Notes: a model not told the origin generated them from the letters alone. Counted from the first letter of the stretch, positions 35,826 to 49,877 are shown. The stretch is 64,000 nucleotides of DNA from Kondoa subrosea (GCA_039545335.1 BCIN01000003.1:496001-560000), one strand, 5' to 3'. A program made the numbers and translations.

Positions 35826-37450
35826 ATGTCCGTTTCTCACCCGTCAAGCAAGAAATTTCAACTTCCCGAGGGACACTTTCTTTTCACTTCAGAATCAGGC
35901 ATGTTCTACTTGCATTATCGAGCTATCTTTGGAAGCTTACGATACGTTTGGACTTGCAGTTGGAGAAGGTCACCCTGATAAAATCTGCGATCAAGTCTCT
36001 GATGCGATTTTGGACGCTTGCTTGAAAGATGACCCTTGGTCTAAAGTAGCTTGTGAGACTGCTTCAAAGACTGGTATGGTCAGTCGGCCTTTCTACTCAA
36101 AGCAAACAAATTATGCTGAGTCGAAATGGTGCAATTGACAGATTATGGTCTTTGGTGAAATCAGCACTCGCTCTCCCTTGGATTACCAGAAAATCATCAG
36201 AGGTACAATTGAAAAGATTGGATACGACGATTCTTCCAAAGGTTTCGATCACAAGACTTGCAACGTTCTGGTTGCTATTGAACAACAATCTGTCGATATC
36301 GCTCAAGGTTTAGATCACGGTGATCTAGAAAACCATGGTGCTGGTGATCAAGGAATCATGTTTGGTTATGCTACCGATGAATCGCAGAACTTGATGCCCT
36401 TGACAATCACTTTGGCTCATGATCTCAACCGAGCAATGGCCGATGCTAGAAGGGATGGCTCTCTAGGTTACCTAAGAGCGGACTCAAAAACTCAGGTGCG
36501 TCAGATCACGAGGAACATCTTTCGAGTTGTTCCTCAGATTGTTCTCGTTACGTACAGGTCACAATCGAGTACAAGAAGGAAAAGGACTCAGGAGCAGTAA
36601 CTCCACTCCGAGTAGACACTGTAGTCGTTTCCGTTCAACATTCAGACGACGTCACAACCGAACAACTTCGTAAAGATGTGAAAGAAAAGATTGTACAGAA
36701 AGTCATTCCCGCTAACCTTTTGGATGACAAGACAATCTACCACATTCAACCCTCTGGAAGATTCGTCATTGGTGGTCCTCAAGGTGATGCTGGTTTGACT
36801 GGAAGGAAAATCATTGTCGATTCCTACGGAGGATGGGGAGCTGTCAGTACTCGGCTTTGTTATTGCTTCGCGGAAGCTCAAGACAAGTCTTTTTCTGACA
36901 GCACGGTGGAGGAGCTTTCTCAGGAAAAGATTGGTCAAAGGTCGACAGATCAGGAGCTTATGCTGGAAGATGGATCGGTGCGTTTCTCATCGCGTGTAGT
37001 TGACTTTCAACTGACCACGGCGGTGCATCTGCACAGCCAAATCACTGGTCGCTGCTGGTCTGGCCAAACGTGTCCTTGTTCAACTTTCATATGCTATTGG
37101 TGTAGCTGAACCTCTTTCAGTCTTCGTTGACACTTGTTCGTACTCTGATTGCATCTGCTCGTATCTGAGCTCAGGCGATCAATTGCTTCACGAACAGACG
37201 GAACTGGCAAAAAGACTGATGCCGAATTGGTCGAAATCATTGCCAACAACTTCGATCTCCGACCGGGAGTGATAGTCAAGGAACTTGGTCTGCAGAAGCC
37301 TATCTACGCTCAGACTGCTTGCTATGGTCACTGTGCGTCTTTGGTTTTGAGCCAACTTTCGGATCTCGCTGATTAATTTGCTCGCTCTTTCGAACGTTAG
37401 TCGGAAACCCTAGCTACCCATGGGAACAGTCCAAAAAGTTGAACTTCTGA
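35826..37450 (+). CDS. SAM1: S-adenosylmethionine synthetase
   Basis: [74 protein letters not shown]. Confidence 0.98.
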
Positions 37451-38150
37451 TTTCTCTCATTCAAACATCTCATCGAGCTCAACCTCGGCCTTTTCGTTCT
37501 GTCAAAACCAAGTAGAAATCGAGATCGAGTATACCAGATTCAATCAAGAAGTTGTTCAATTAGATATTCCCAACCCAAGAGTTTCAGTTAGATTCCCCCT
37601 TCAAAAGCCTATCCATTTTCAACCGGAAAGGGGAGAAAAGGATGTCAAAGGCAATTCCTAGATTGCAGAGAAGAAGCTCGAATACAAGAGTATAGAAAGG
37701 AATGGAGTAATTACAAAAAGTAGAAAAAGTCAAAGACAAAAAATGTTATAAAGGCTCAACCCAATCTGTTCGTCCCTTTTGCGCTGATATCATCCGGCGA
37801 GATTATCAAAACTTCGCAAATTGACTCTCTCTTGTTTCAAGTTTTCTTTCTTCACTCTTCAAATATCCTCTTCCTGTTTACCTCATTTGCGATCTGTCTA
37901 CTGTCCAGAGTCAAGCCTACCCTTTTATCAGTGCTTCCTCGCAGTAGACACGCAACACAGGGGTTCGTTATATCACATAATCATCTCACTGCTTGCGAAG
38001 TCTCGCGTCTTTGAAGGACAGCTGGGAAATGTGGGTATTGGTATTCAAAATCAATGGCAGTTACAAAAGGTGCTACATGTCTATAGTACAAGTACAATGG
38101 TGGTTTCTGGTTTGCAACAACAAAGGCAAAGCTCTATAGCGCCTCCAAAA

Positions 38151-38790
38151 CTGCATAAGGAGGAGGAGGATCAAAGCTAGACCACAATATCAGACACATG
38201 AAGCTATCTAGACGGTCAGAGACTTACGTCCCAGGCTTGACAGATGCTTGACTCTCTCCCTTCAATATCACCGCCTTGATCGCTGGTTCTGGTACTAGTT
38301 CCAGGCGAGTAGCAGTACGGTGGAAGCTAAGTAGCCGTCCGAGACCACGAGCTGAGTTGTGATATGGCAATGGTTCGATTGACTGTTTGCACACATCCCA
38401 CAAGATTCAGTTACTCGAGACACAATGTTGTATCTCTTGACGAAACGCGCTGCCATCAGACCGCTTGAGTCTGGCAATAATTGCTATGAAACTAGTTCAG
38501 TAATGAGACCATATCAAGTGGTAACCATCTGCTTACTTCCAAATACCAACATCTAGAAAAGGACCATTACGTAAGCCTGAACGAACATGGTCTACTTAGA
38601 GGAGCAGCGCCGACGAACCTCTTTCTCATCTAGATCTACAAGCGCGCCAGCCTTGTACTTTCCTGCTTTTCGTAATGCCTTCTCTCGAGCATTCAAGGAT
38701 TCGAGGAGTTCTCGTATGTATGTACCAGGAAACTGAGCAGCACGTATATTGTAAAGATCTTTGTTGCGGTCGTAAGAGAAGGCATTGCTT
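38151..38790 (-). CDS. Putative small spliced orphan gene (boundaries uncertain)
   Basis: Several donor/branch/acceptor sets on the minus strand; open segments NAFSYDRNKDLYNIRAAQ..DEKE and terminal FDPPPPYAVLEAL*. Confidence 0.3.
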
Positions 38791-39036
38791 GGTCAGCGCC
38801 ATTCAGACATGATCGTCGTGAAAGAAAACGCGGGGCACAAAGATTGACGAATTGACTACAATCCCATAAGTTGCACGAATGACTACAAGTTGCATCAAGA
38901 GGCTAAAGGTACATAGTATGTAATCTAAAAGAAAGTGTAGGGGTGCATAACGAAAAAAACCCCTCAATGCTCCAATTTTCGACTCCTCCAGTCCAGTCGT
39001 AAAACCCGGCCTTCGCAACATCACTCCAACACGACT

Positions 39037-40463
39037 TTAGCATGCAGTAGCTGTGAGCCAAAGCGGATCGTTAGTCAGCTCCCTGGCTGAACGATTTGCA
39101 ACCAAAAACTCACCAACAACAGGTGGAACGAAGCTTCTTCTGTTCAATTTACTCAACGCCTTCTTTCTCAACCGTCCTCCAAAGTTCTTACTCTCCAACT
39201 CATCTTCTTTAGCAGGACCTTTAGGTTGTCTTGTAGCAACAGCGCCGACAGTCATCATTGAAGGTGGAGCAGTAAAGTTTCTGAAACCTGCTGATCGATC
39301 CAAAGTTGATGGGTAGTTGAGCCCTAATCCAGAGGAGGAAGATCGTTTGTTGTGAGTTGGTACGAAGTGGGTTTCGCTGTGAACAGGTGCAGAAGTAGTA
39401 GAGGTGGAGAAAGAAGGAGTGAAAGCTGATGCTGCAGGATTGAGATTCTTGATTGATGTTGTTGCAGCTGAATCAGAAACGGCTCTCTTGTTGACGGAAA
39501 GAGGTTTTAGAGATTGAGCTGATCCGACAGTGGTGACACTTTCGAAACTAGCTACTTCTGAATTGGAATCGGTATCAGAAGAATGAGGTGACGAAGCATC
39601 TGATTCAGCCATTTGAGTGGAAGGCGCTTCACCAGTCTTGATCTGGAGGGGAGTAGTAGATCGAGGTGAACGGGTGTAAGTTGGAGAAGGATATTTGTCT
39701 CCTGGTTCAGAAAGAACGAGAGTTGGACCACCAGGAGGAGACAAGTGCTTGCGGTCGGCAAATTGACTTCCACCTGAACTTTCTGAAGAAGTCTTGCGGT
39801 GATGAGTCAGATTAAGAGCTGGAGCAGAGATGGGCGGAGTAGCTGGAGGAGAAAAGGCGCCTGATCTCTTCCTGGCCAAGGCATGTTCCGCTAATCCTTC
39901 ACCTCCAACAAAAGACAATCTGCTTGGCTTCTTCGGGTTGCGCAATTCACCAGTCTCATCTGAATCACCACTGTTCTTGCGGTTTTGTTGAGCACGCTGT
40001 AAATGTTGAAGAGCACCGCGGCGAGCATCTTGAGACTGTTCTGGAGTAGTGAAAGAGCTTTGAGAAGCTGGAGCGGAAGTAGGTGTACTGGTATTGAAGA
40101 CAGCTGAGCGACGTCTGTTCTCGATGGCTGGAACAGCAGCTGCATGTTGAGCTGAGCTAGCAGCAAGAATACGTCCCTATATCGAAATCAATGATCAGAA
40201 TTCATTGCTCTAAATCCGGAGATGAGAATGAGATGACTAACCTGCATTTCCATATTCTGCAATCTCAATTGCTGCAATTGCATTTCCATTTGCGCTTGCT
40301 GTAAAGAGTACAACTCTTGCTGCTGTTGCATGAATTGCTGTTGCTGCAATTGAACTAATTGCTGAGCTTGATTGAAAGCCGCGGTATTATTGCCGCTCTG
40401 AACTGGAGGAGAAGAAGCATTGCGCCTCCAATTGTTTTGAGCTCGTCCTTGTTGAGTATTCAT
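39037..40463 (-). CDS. Hypothetical Gln-rich, Ser-rich low-complexity protein
   Basis: Q-rich exon 40188-40463 spliced to a long open frame ending at 39037; RQPKGP..NF motif near the C-terminus. Confidence 0.7.
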
Positions 40464-41005
40464 CCTTGTAACGTTGATTGAAATAGAAAAGGGATAGTAG
40501 TAGAGTCGCTGAATAGACAGTCGAGAACTAAGGGACTCGCTCGAATCGAAGAAACGACAGTCAAACTTACTTTAGCTTATCAAAAGCGATGTCCTAGGGC
40601 TTGCAGTATACTGTATCAAACGTGTAGCAGCAAGTCAAAGAATAAGAAGTCGAAAGTTTCGAAGCGGGCCAAGTTGAGTTTGCTGATTCGAGGGAGTCAA
40701 TTGCTTGTGATCTAAAGCACTGCTTTAGTATGACTTGTCAGAATGTAGCTGCTGGGCTAGATCGGTGTTGGGAAGAGCGCGGGCCGAGCAGGTCCAAGCT
40801 GGAAGTGTTGAAAGGGAAACGCTTTGTTTGATATATTATACAGGCTGAGTAGGAAAGCGCGATTCGGGTACTGGTACAGATGAGAGGGATACTAGGGGAG
40901 ACCGAGGAGAGGAGGCACGAAGAGAAGGAGAAGTCGACACGGCAGTTTACATGTGAGCGAGTTTTGCTCGACTTATAGGGATGCGCCACTATGCATGTAC
41001 ATCCT

Positions 41006-44000
41006 CTAATCAGCTTCGCCTTCCTCGTCGTCCTCGCCATCAGCTGAATTATCGCGACTAGCAGCGATACTTCTTCTGCCATCCGAGGGAGAAGCAGTCA
41101 GATCCACTCTGACCAACCCAGCAGCACCACCCGAAGCAATAACAGTAGCCCTTCTAAGAGACTTGCACCAGCTAGCACAGTGTATAGCAATTTCTGGATC
41201 ATAAGCTGCTGCCATTTCAATGTTCATCGCACCTGGTGGAACAGGTGCTTTGGCTTTCTTCTTTTTCCCTTGTGGTATTTTGCCAGGTGCACCAGGCCAG
41301 TACTGCAGGAAATTTTATCAGAACATGTTCCAGAATTGCGCACAACTTCCAATGATACTCACTTCTGGATAAAGATTGTCAAGCATACGGAATTCGCCAG
41401 TCTTGCGACTGAAATCAAGTCGGTACAATTTATGCGTGTAGTGAGTCTGTCCATAGTATGCTATCAGTCATCTTCCTACGCGTAAGAATCGAAAGAGAGA
41501 CATACAGAATGTGCACGTTTCTTCGCTCGCCGTAAAGCGTTGAAAATCATACACGTGCCATCAGCAGAAGTAGATGCGAGGAAAGGATGAAAGTTGCTGT
41601 TCTCAGCAGACTGTACACTCTGCGTCAGGTTATTTGGAATCAGGGTGCTTGAGAACATACGAAAACTGGACCATTGTGAGCAAACATCTTTAGCGTTACT
41701 ATAGCGTTTCGCGGTCTCAAGCTATATCCACGCAAAGAGAACTCTTGATCATCCATCAAGGTCATACCAGTAGAAGGACTGAAAGAAGAGACCGATGAAG
41801 TAGCTGAATAATTCGTGTTAGCTTTTTAGACAAAAGTTCTTTTCCTCGTGATTGCTCACTTCGCTCGTGAACAACTGTAATAGCCGAACCAGGGTCTTGT
41901 AGATCAAGAGCCATATGAGAACCATCGTATCCAGCAGTACAAACTAGATGTGGCTCTCCGTTAAGATCTTCTTTCCCGTTCGAATGCAAAGGCGGCCAGC
42001 GCATGACCGAGATATCTCGAATAGGACTCATGTGTAAAGAAAAGTATTGGATAGGCAAAGTGCCCGGTAAGCCAGTCTTGAGCGCTTCTGCGATATCCCA
42101 GACTGCAACATAGCCTTTTGACAGAAATAACAGTGAAATCAAGCATGATCTGTATAAGGGGGTGACGAACCATTGTCTGTACCAGTGACGATCCTCTCGT
42201 GCGAACAAATGTCCATGCAAGTGATAGCCGTATCAGGTAACCGAAGATCTAGGATAGATTGCGCTTTGACTGTGTGAATCATAAGTGGTAGTACTGTTTG
42301 TTAAGGTAAAAGTAAGAACGTACTATAAGTCACGTAGCTCTCTTCTGATCTAAGAGATTCAGGTTCCGGTACAGGTACAATGTGCACAGCTCCATCTGTG
42401 AAAACGCCGGCTAGGAGACCAAGACGGACAATTTCTCCTTCGCCAGCAGTCTGCAATCCGTCATCAGCTTTCTACCAGTATATATACATGAAAGCGCACC
42501 TTTTCTTCTTCTCCACCTCTAGGCAACCACTGCAATCGCCAAGCTTCTCCGTAATCGGAACACAGACCCAATTCGTATCGCATGCCTTCTCCCAGCTGAT
42601 TTTCATCATCAGGTAGATGACGAGCAAAGTCACTGGGATGAGTACAATCCATTGACCAGATTTGTATCAGACCTGTTCGACCGGGGTGAAGCTGTCGGCT
42701 TGAATCACCTATCGGTGGAGTGGATGAGACAGTTCCGACTGCTAGATATTCCTTAGCTGTCACCACATCATAAGCATCATAAACGAAAATCGAAAGGCAA
42801 AGGCTTGCAAGAAGGAACTGCATAGTCTGGTAAGGGGCACCAATCTAGGGTCCAGACAGGCGCTCCAGCATTGAACATGAATCCAGGTTTATTAGGAACC
42901 ACAGCATCTGTCGTGTAAACCCCACGGTGTAAGACAAAAACGTCTTTAACATTGCGGTGTACACTGACTGAGACGTAATGCCGAGAACCTTTCCATCTGA
43001 ATATACTGCTGACCATTATTAGGTTTATCTTCATCATACAGACCGAGATAACAGCTGATACTGCCATCCGGTAAGGGTCTCTCATCTGATGCATCTTCCG
43101 GTCGAATAGATTGAGAAGACTGAGCTTGACTTGAGGGTTGATCCAGATCCATAGGAGTACTAGGTCCAGCAACCGGTGACTGAGTAGCTGCAGGTGATTG
43201 AGGAGCTGAGGGATTGAGCAATTCTTCTGCTTTAGCCTGTTCCCGTTCTGCTAGTTTGCCGGCTTTCGTTTCGCTTGGTGCTACAGTTTGAGGAAGATGA
43301 ATCGGTTTAGTCCTGTGAGAGATGACAGGGACAGGATAGTAGAGAACTGCTTCGCTGTGGAAGAGGAATTCGTTTTATCAGCATAAGCGGAATAAAAACG
43401 AATTACTACCCACTGAAAAGGTAATTTCTGGACGCCATCTAAGCGACTCGGCACTTCATCGTACCATGCACCCCATTTGTTCCAATTGCCATTTCTTCCC
43501 TTGTACCAAGCTACATCTTCACACATATCCCAAGCAGGACCAAATGGAAAAGCAGCCCAATAATCTTGAGTAACAGCTCTTCCACGTTCTGTAGCTCTTT
43601 CCGCAACATTCATGCCCCTCAACTTGACTTTCCCTCCGTCAATGACTTGCTCACTGAGCTCTTGATCTGCTCTCCCTTTACCCTTTTCACTCGAGTGCAC
43701 GGAAGAGTCGAAAGGTGAATTGAGACAGAGCGTATCTTGATCAACGAATAAACCATAGGCCTTTTCATGGTTTGGTAGACGAGTGCCAATAAAGAGTGGT
43801 TTGTCGGAAACGAGTTTACTGAAAAGCTGACCACCCATTCGATAATTTCTAGCAGCTTTAGACTGACCAGCTACACTCTTAGCTTTAGCTTTCTTTTTAC
43901 CCGTAGCTCCAGTACCAGCAGCTGATTTCTCTGTCCTTTGTAACATTTTAGCAGCATTCGGACCTGTTGAAGGTCGAGACAAAGGTTGAGGAGGAGGTGT

Positions 44001-44339
44001 GAATTCAACTATATCGCTCAAGACAGGAGAAGCGGAATGGACTGAATCTTCTTCTGGTACTTCTTCCATAGGTTCAGAATCAGAAGAAGATTCAGCTGCT
44101 GCTGTTCCTTCTTTCGAATGCACTGAAGCTTCAAAGACGGAACCATCGGATCCAGATCCAGAATCATCGACATTAGGTCTTGCTTGAGAAGTGTTAGGTG
44201 CGCCAGAAACGGATCCTTCGTTGGATGAGTCTGGCTCTTCTTGATCCCCAAAATCTACATCGCCAAAGAAAGCTTCTGCAGTATATTTCTTTGGCTCTGA
44301 AGTGACGGAAGCACGAGCGCTTTTGCGTCGTCCAGACAT
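41006..44339 (-). CDS. TFC6: RNA polymerase III transcription factor TFIIIC WD40 subunit (Tfc6/GTF3C2-like)
   Basis: Acidic disordered N-terminus, FNAGAPVWTLDWCP, LIQIWS, AWRLQWLP, GLLAGVFTDG, GYVAVWDI, HPFLASTSADG, ASGGAAGLVRVD. Confidence 0.8.
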
Positions 44340-44529
44340 TTACTTAAGTTGAGATGCTCAAATCAACAAGGCAAAGACAACGCGAGTAGAGATTCAAGTC
44401 AGGAGCCTCCTAGACGGTGTATCACAGGCCTGATATCGTATTACGTGCGGCCACTCGCAGGGTCTAGATGGCTATTCAGGTGAGAGCACTCTCTTTCGCA
44501 AACAGCGAATTCTGTCGTAATTCTGGACA

Positions 44530-46309
44530 ATGGACTTAGCAGACGAGCTACTGAACGACTTGGAGGGCTTCGATGATGACTTTGTAGAGGAGACGCTGCA
44601 GGAAGAGGCTCTGAATGCTTCAGCAAGTGTGGGCAGCACAGTTTTGAAAGGGAAAAGGAAAGCCTCTGAAGAGCTGGAAGAGGTTGAGAATGACGATACG
44701 GGCATGATTGTGGATCTACCTCAAGGTGGTGTTATGCCAAATGCCGAACTTGCAAAGGACGATGTCGAGGAAATGGATCTGTTGGCTACCTCAGATGTTT
44801 CCAAAGTGGCCAAGCTGTTCACTCAGAAGTCCTTTCAAGATGCTCTTGCGGTTAGTGCCGACCTTGTGACGCATTGGTCAGTCAGCTGACTTGCGATTAA
44901 CGGCTGTAACAGGCAATCAAGCAATACAAAGATGTTCCTCCTTCAGACATGTCATCTTCTCAATCAGCGGAATATCAGCTCATAGTGCAAGCCAACAACT
45001 TTGCAGTCGAAATCGATAACGAAATGCTGCTAGTACATAAATTCGTTCGAGATCACTACGCACCTCGATTCGCTGAATTGGAACAATTGGTTCTCACTTC
45101 TCCTTCTGATTATTGTCGAGCTGTCATCAAGATTGGCAATCCAGACGATCTGGCTGGTTTACAAGATCGTTTGCAAGGATTCTTACCTCAAGCAACTTTG
45201 ATGGTTGTTGTGGTTACTGCTTCCACCAACACAGGTCGACAATTGACAGACAAAGAATGGAAAGCAGTTCAACAAGCTTGCGATATGTGTTTCAAGCTTG
45301 ATTTAGCTAAAATGGAGATTTTGGATTATGTGGAATCTCGAATTACCGGATTAGCACCCAATTTGAGCGCTATTATTGGTGCTCGAACTGCTACAAAACT
45401 TCTTGGTATGGCTGGTGGTTTGCATTCCTTATCTAGACAACCAGCATGCAACATGCATCTCTTTGGCGCGCAAAAGAAAGTTTCCATCGGTTTGTCTACT
45501 GGATCTCATTCTTCACAAAGAAGAGGAGCAGGCTTCATCTATAACTCAGATCTTGTCCAATCCGTACCTGAAGAATATAGGATGAAAGCTCAACGGACTG
45601 TTTCTGCTAAATGTGTGCTCGCTGTGAGGATGGATGTAGGAGGTGGGAATAGTGACGGAAGTTATGGAAGAACAGTTTTGGTGGATCTGGAGAAGAAACT
45701 AGAGAAATTACAAGAACCTCCGCCATCTAAAGTCATCAAAGCTTTACCTGTACCGAGAGAAGGGCCAACGAAGAGGAGAGGTGGTAAAAAGTGAGCTTGA
45801 CCTTCTCTTTGTATTGGTTATCAGATGCTGATGAAGAAATCATCAGGGCGAGAAAGGCAAAAGAAGCATATGCCATGACCGAATTGCGCAAATTGCAAAA
45901 CCGTATGGCTTTCAATCAAGAAGAGCAAGAAGACTTTGGTATGGACGAGACGAAGGGTCTGGGAATGATTGGCTCCTCGAGTGGTCGTATTAGAGCTAGC
46001 GGCGGTGAAGCAAAGAGCAAAGGTGAGCAAGATGTTTAGTTTTTCAGCATTAGCTGATATTAAATTTGCTTGCTTGCAGCTAAACTATCCAAAATGAACA
46101 AGACTCGATTAGAGAAGCTGAAAGGGCCTGCTGGAGGGACTGTCTCCGGTCTGGCATCAAGCTTATCATTTACGCCGGTACAAGGAATGGAGCTTGTCGA
46201 TCCGTCAGCTCAAAAGAGGAGACTGGAAGCAGCGAACGAGAGCTGGTTCAAGAACGAGGCAGCAGGAACGTTTTCGGTTGTCCCGACTAAGAAGAAGCTT
46301 ATACAGTAA
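44530..46309 (+). CDS. PRP31: U4/U6 snRNP protein Prp31
   Basis: [82 protein letters not shown]. Confidence 0.97.
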
Positions 46310-46462
46310 TTATTCATGATTTAGCATATATACAACTATCATAACATTTTTAAGCAATTGCTGAATGTCCACAGCCCTTGTATTTTGCTGTACATCTCTA
46401 GCACATGGTTTGGTTGCGTAAAGTTCGTAACATGTCGTCAATTTTGTGGTTCTTCTCTCCTT

Positions 46463-47810
46463 CTACGCTTGCCATCTTCCGAGCAATCTTTTCTTACTGC
46501 TGCTGCTGCTTGATATCTTCCTCCCGCTCGCCTTCTGCCAATCTCTCCAGGAAGCTTGCATAAGCATGACAAAGGCTTGACCTTCTGGCGATCGCTCTAC
46601 TAATTCTGTCCAAGAAATCGGATCGACCACTGTTCTGGTATCAGCATCCTCGTCTTACTTTATCTGAGCACTACTGACCATTGTGTAACCAACCATAGCT
46701 GTCTATGGAAGCTTGAACAGCAGCCCTTCCTCCTTCGGCGTAAGGTAGCATTGAATCGTCTATGCCGTATTGTGCTATTCGATAAGTCGTTGCGGCCATG
46801 AGAGCGGTACTTGCTGTATCAGTGAAGATGCTGGAAGCGTCAGATCCAAGATAGCTATCTCTCTCGCTCAGCAAGGGTTCTACTTGCAAATTTACTCAAG
46901 GCAGAGAGACCTACTTTTGCAAACCACCAGTGATCAAATCTCTATACCTCCAACTTTGCTGTGTAATTTGAGCAGCCCAATTCCCCAAATCACCTAATTG
47001 ACTCTGCATCTGATCTTTGAAAGCTGATTTCCGAATAGTTGCGTAAACTCTCATTATTCCTGCAGCAGCCCAAGCGTTTCCTGTTGCCCAAGCACCTTGA
47101 TCTTGCCAAGGACCTAATCGGATATGTGCCCAAAGGTATTCGTCGGTTATCAGAGCGTTCCTATAAAGACGGCATTGGTCATAAGCCATTTGCAAGAGGG
47201 TTTGGTTGTTTGTAGTAAGTCCATAATAAGCAAGAAAAGGTGGTGCTAAGAACAATTCGAAACATCAGACATGTAATTTAAATGAAAGACCGAGTGAAAA
47301 CGTACTCATGTAAACAGAATCGCTCCATAATTGTACATATTCAACACGATGAGAAATAGCTCCTTCCGAACTTCTTGGAGCTTGCATTAATGCTTGGTAT
47401 TGGTTGCTTGCTGCTGTCAAGTATGCCTGTGAATTTGATCCTTGCATTTGCGAAGCTAAAAGCATAGCAGATCCTAAACTTGCTGGATCGGCAGCTGAAC
47501 CATCTGACATAATTTGTAATTGACCACTAGGTATTCTCGATAAGATTGTAGAAGTGATATTTGCAACGAGCGGGATTCGGTCTGTTGAAGTTGAGCTTAG
47601 ATTAGGATTGGAATCGCTGTAGACTGAATAAGTTGGGTAACGGAGTTCTAAGAGCGCTTCTGTTTCTGTTCCGAGCACCCAGGAATGCTCATTTACTGTT
47701 GCTAAGTTCGCTTGGACGAGATTTATGAGATCGTCCGATAGTCCTGGAGCAGTACTTTGAGCGAAAACGATGCTGGCTAGAGCTAGTAAGTATGGTATCG
47801 ATGTCTTCAT
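46463..47810 (-). CDS. Secreted six-hairpin glycoside hydrolase, GH88/GH105 family
   Basis: Signal peptide; DGSAADPASLG, GAISHR, QLWSDSVYM-TPPFLAYYG, WATGNAWAAAGIMRV, SPEGQAFV. Confidence 0.88.
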
Positions 47811-48202
47811 TGTTGGAATGACAAAACGATTGCCGTGCGCGAGAGTAAAGATATATTAAGGAAAATGATGATTGCCGCCAGAAAGTGGGCTTTCTTCTTA
47901 TATCTTCTTAAAATCGCCCCTTATCGGAGAGCTTGGATGAGCAGGATCAAGAGAGGAAGCATTGACATGAGTTCGAGGCTTTCAGCTTGGCGACGAGCAG
48001 AAGACAAAGGCAAAAACTTGGAAATGACGCGACGCCGACCGCGGCTTAAACAGTACACCGGCTTGTGAAGATGGCATTGTAGCGAGATGATGCTAGTAGG
48101 AGGACAAGAACAGCGAGGAACAGAGAAGCAGAGGCTGTGCCGGGCTTGCTGATGAAATCATCACCCACTCGAGCTCATGGGTTGACCAACTACCAGTCAC
48201 AG

Positions 48203-49511
48203 ATGTCGCGCAACCCATTTCAGGATCCAGCAATCCCTCAAGGAGAAGCACCACCATCTTATAGGTCCGTGCTTTTCGCTGTTTGCTGAATAAGCCTCGC
48301 AGTTTGACATTCTTGAGTCCAGGTTGAGCCAAACGTTTGCACCACCTCCGTAAGCTACACAGCACCTCGCATATATGCTATACTGAGCCTTGCTTGTAGC
48401 GGTCCTCCACCTCCTCTGCAGCAGACCCAATACCAACAAAGCTATCAACCTCAAGCTGGAAGCAGCACTCTGAACCGTTATGGATCTACTTCATCTCAGC
48501 ACAGTAATTACTCTACTGGGCATGCTCCTCCTCCTCAGTCACCTCAATCTGGTGCACCTTTGAAGCGCTCAAATACGCAAGAGAATCAAATGGCTATTCT
48601 GAGAAGATTCAACACAGTCTTCTTGTTGGACGATTCTGCTTCTATGCAGATTGATAACAGATGGAACGAAGCAATTGATGCTCTGTTAGGAATCGCAGAA
48701 AAGGTTCAGCAATGTTTGTTTTCCTTCTTGCGCTCTTGCAGTTTCCCCGAAGTTTTGAGCTGAATAGGAATTACTGCAGTCGATGCGGATGGAATTGATA
48801 TACATTTCCTCTGTTCACCGATCACTGGCGAAAATATTCGAACAACAGACGAGATTCATAGGTTGTTTTCAACAGTCAGACCAGTCGGTACGTTCAGAGC
48901 CTCTTCAGTGCAGATGACATTGGCTCATGTTACATAAAGGCGAGAATACACCTACTGAAGTTCGTGTTGAAGACTTGCTTGAGCCTTATATCACGGCTTG
49001 CGAGAATGCGAAACGATCTGGAATGTCACTGCCAAAGCCAGTAAACTTCCTGTGAGTAGTCTCTTGATTGCGAGAGTATCTAATGCTGATGCTTTTTATA
49101 TAGCGTCATTACCGATGGCGCTTCAGATGACCCTCCTTCCCTTGCTTATGCTTTGGCTGGGTTTGCGGAGCGATTGGAGGAAGCTCGACTACCGCTTGCC
49201 CAAGTCGGTGTGCAGATGGTTCAGATTGGCAACGACCAAGAGGCCACTGGTATGTCTTGGATAATGCTGTACAATGAGGGGAGATCTTAGATGTGCTGAC
49301 CAGCCGCCTTGCGAGAATTGGACGATGATCTCAAGACTAATCATAATGTCAAGCGAGATATCGTAGATACTATCGAGTATCGTGGTCACATAGACGCGAA
49401 CTTCTTGTTGAAGGCATTGTTGGGCGGAATCAATAGGTGATTCTGGCTGTCTTGAAAGCTTTTCCTGATCTGAAATGTCTGCATAGATCGCAAGACAACA
49501 AGCAGCTTTAA
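48203..49511 (+). CDS. von Willebrand factor A domain protein (copy 1)
   Basis: Pro-rich N-terminus with PPSY; FLLDDSASM (MIDAS DxSxS), DADGIDIHFL, TPT, VITDG, QVGVQMVQIGND, LRELDDDL, KALLGGINR. Confidence 0.85.
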
Positions 49512-49877
49512 GCTGGATGATCCTTAAGCCTCGCAATCTTGCAGCTGTATTTGTACCGAAGAACATCTGAATATGTACCATCCTCAATCGTGTGCCTTTG
49601 TTTTCTCAAAACTGTCTTTGCTTCTAGTGTGTTCATATAGCATGCGTCGCTCCGTTTTCGCGCGAAATACTATACTTGGCCTGCTTACTCAAGATCGTTG
49701 TATCGTGGCAGGCATTGCCGTTCAGAAGTCTTCTTCTCTTCATTCAGTTGATTTCGTTTGCAAGCTGTACTTTTTGTCTTTTAACTTCAACGGCGCCTCT
49801 GCTTTTGCTTTCTTTTTTCTCCAACTCACTTTTTATCTAGATCCTCCTTCTCGTCAATCTCATAACAATTTCAAAAC

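Noticed and set aside
36693..36702. TACAGAAA in SAM1 resembling the C. elegans METT-10 splice-site target
   Set aside because: It lies inside a coding exon (IVQKV), not at a 3' splice site.
44391..44400. B-box-like GATTCAAGTC in the TFC6 promoter, by analogy with yeast ETC6 autoregulation
   Set aside because: Lacks the invariant G before TTC; a 9-mer near-match is expected by chance.
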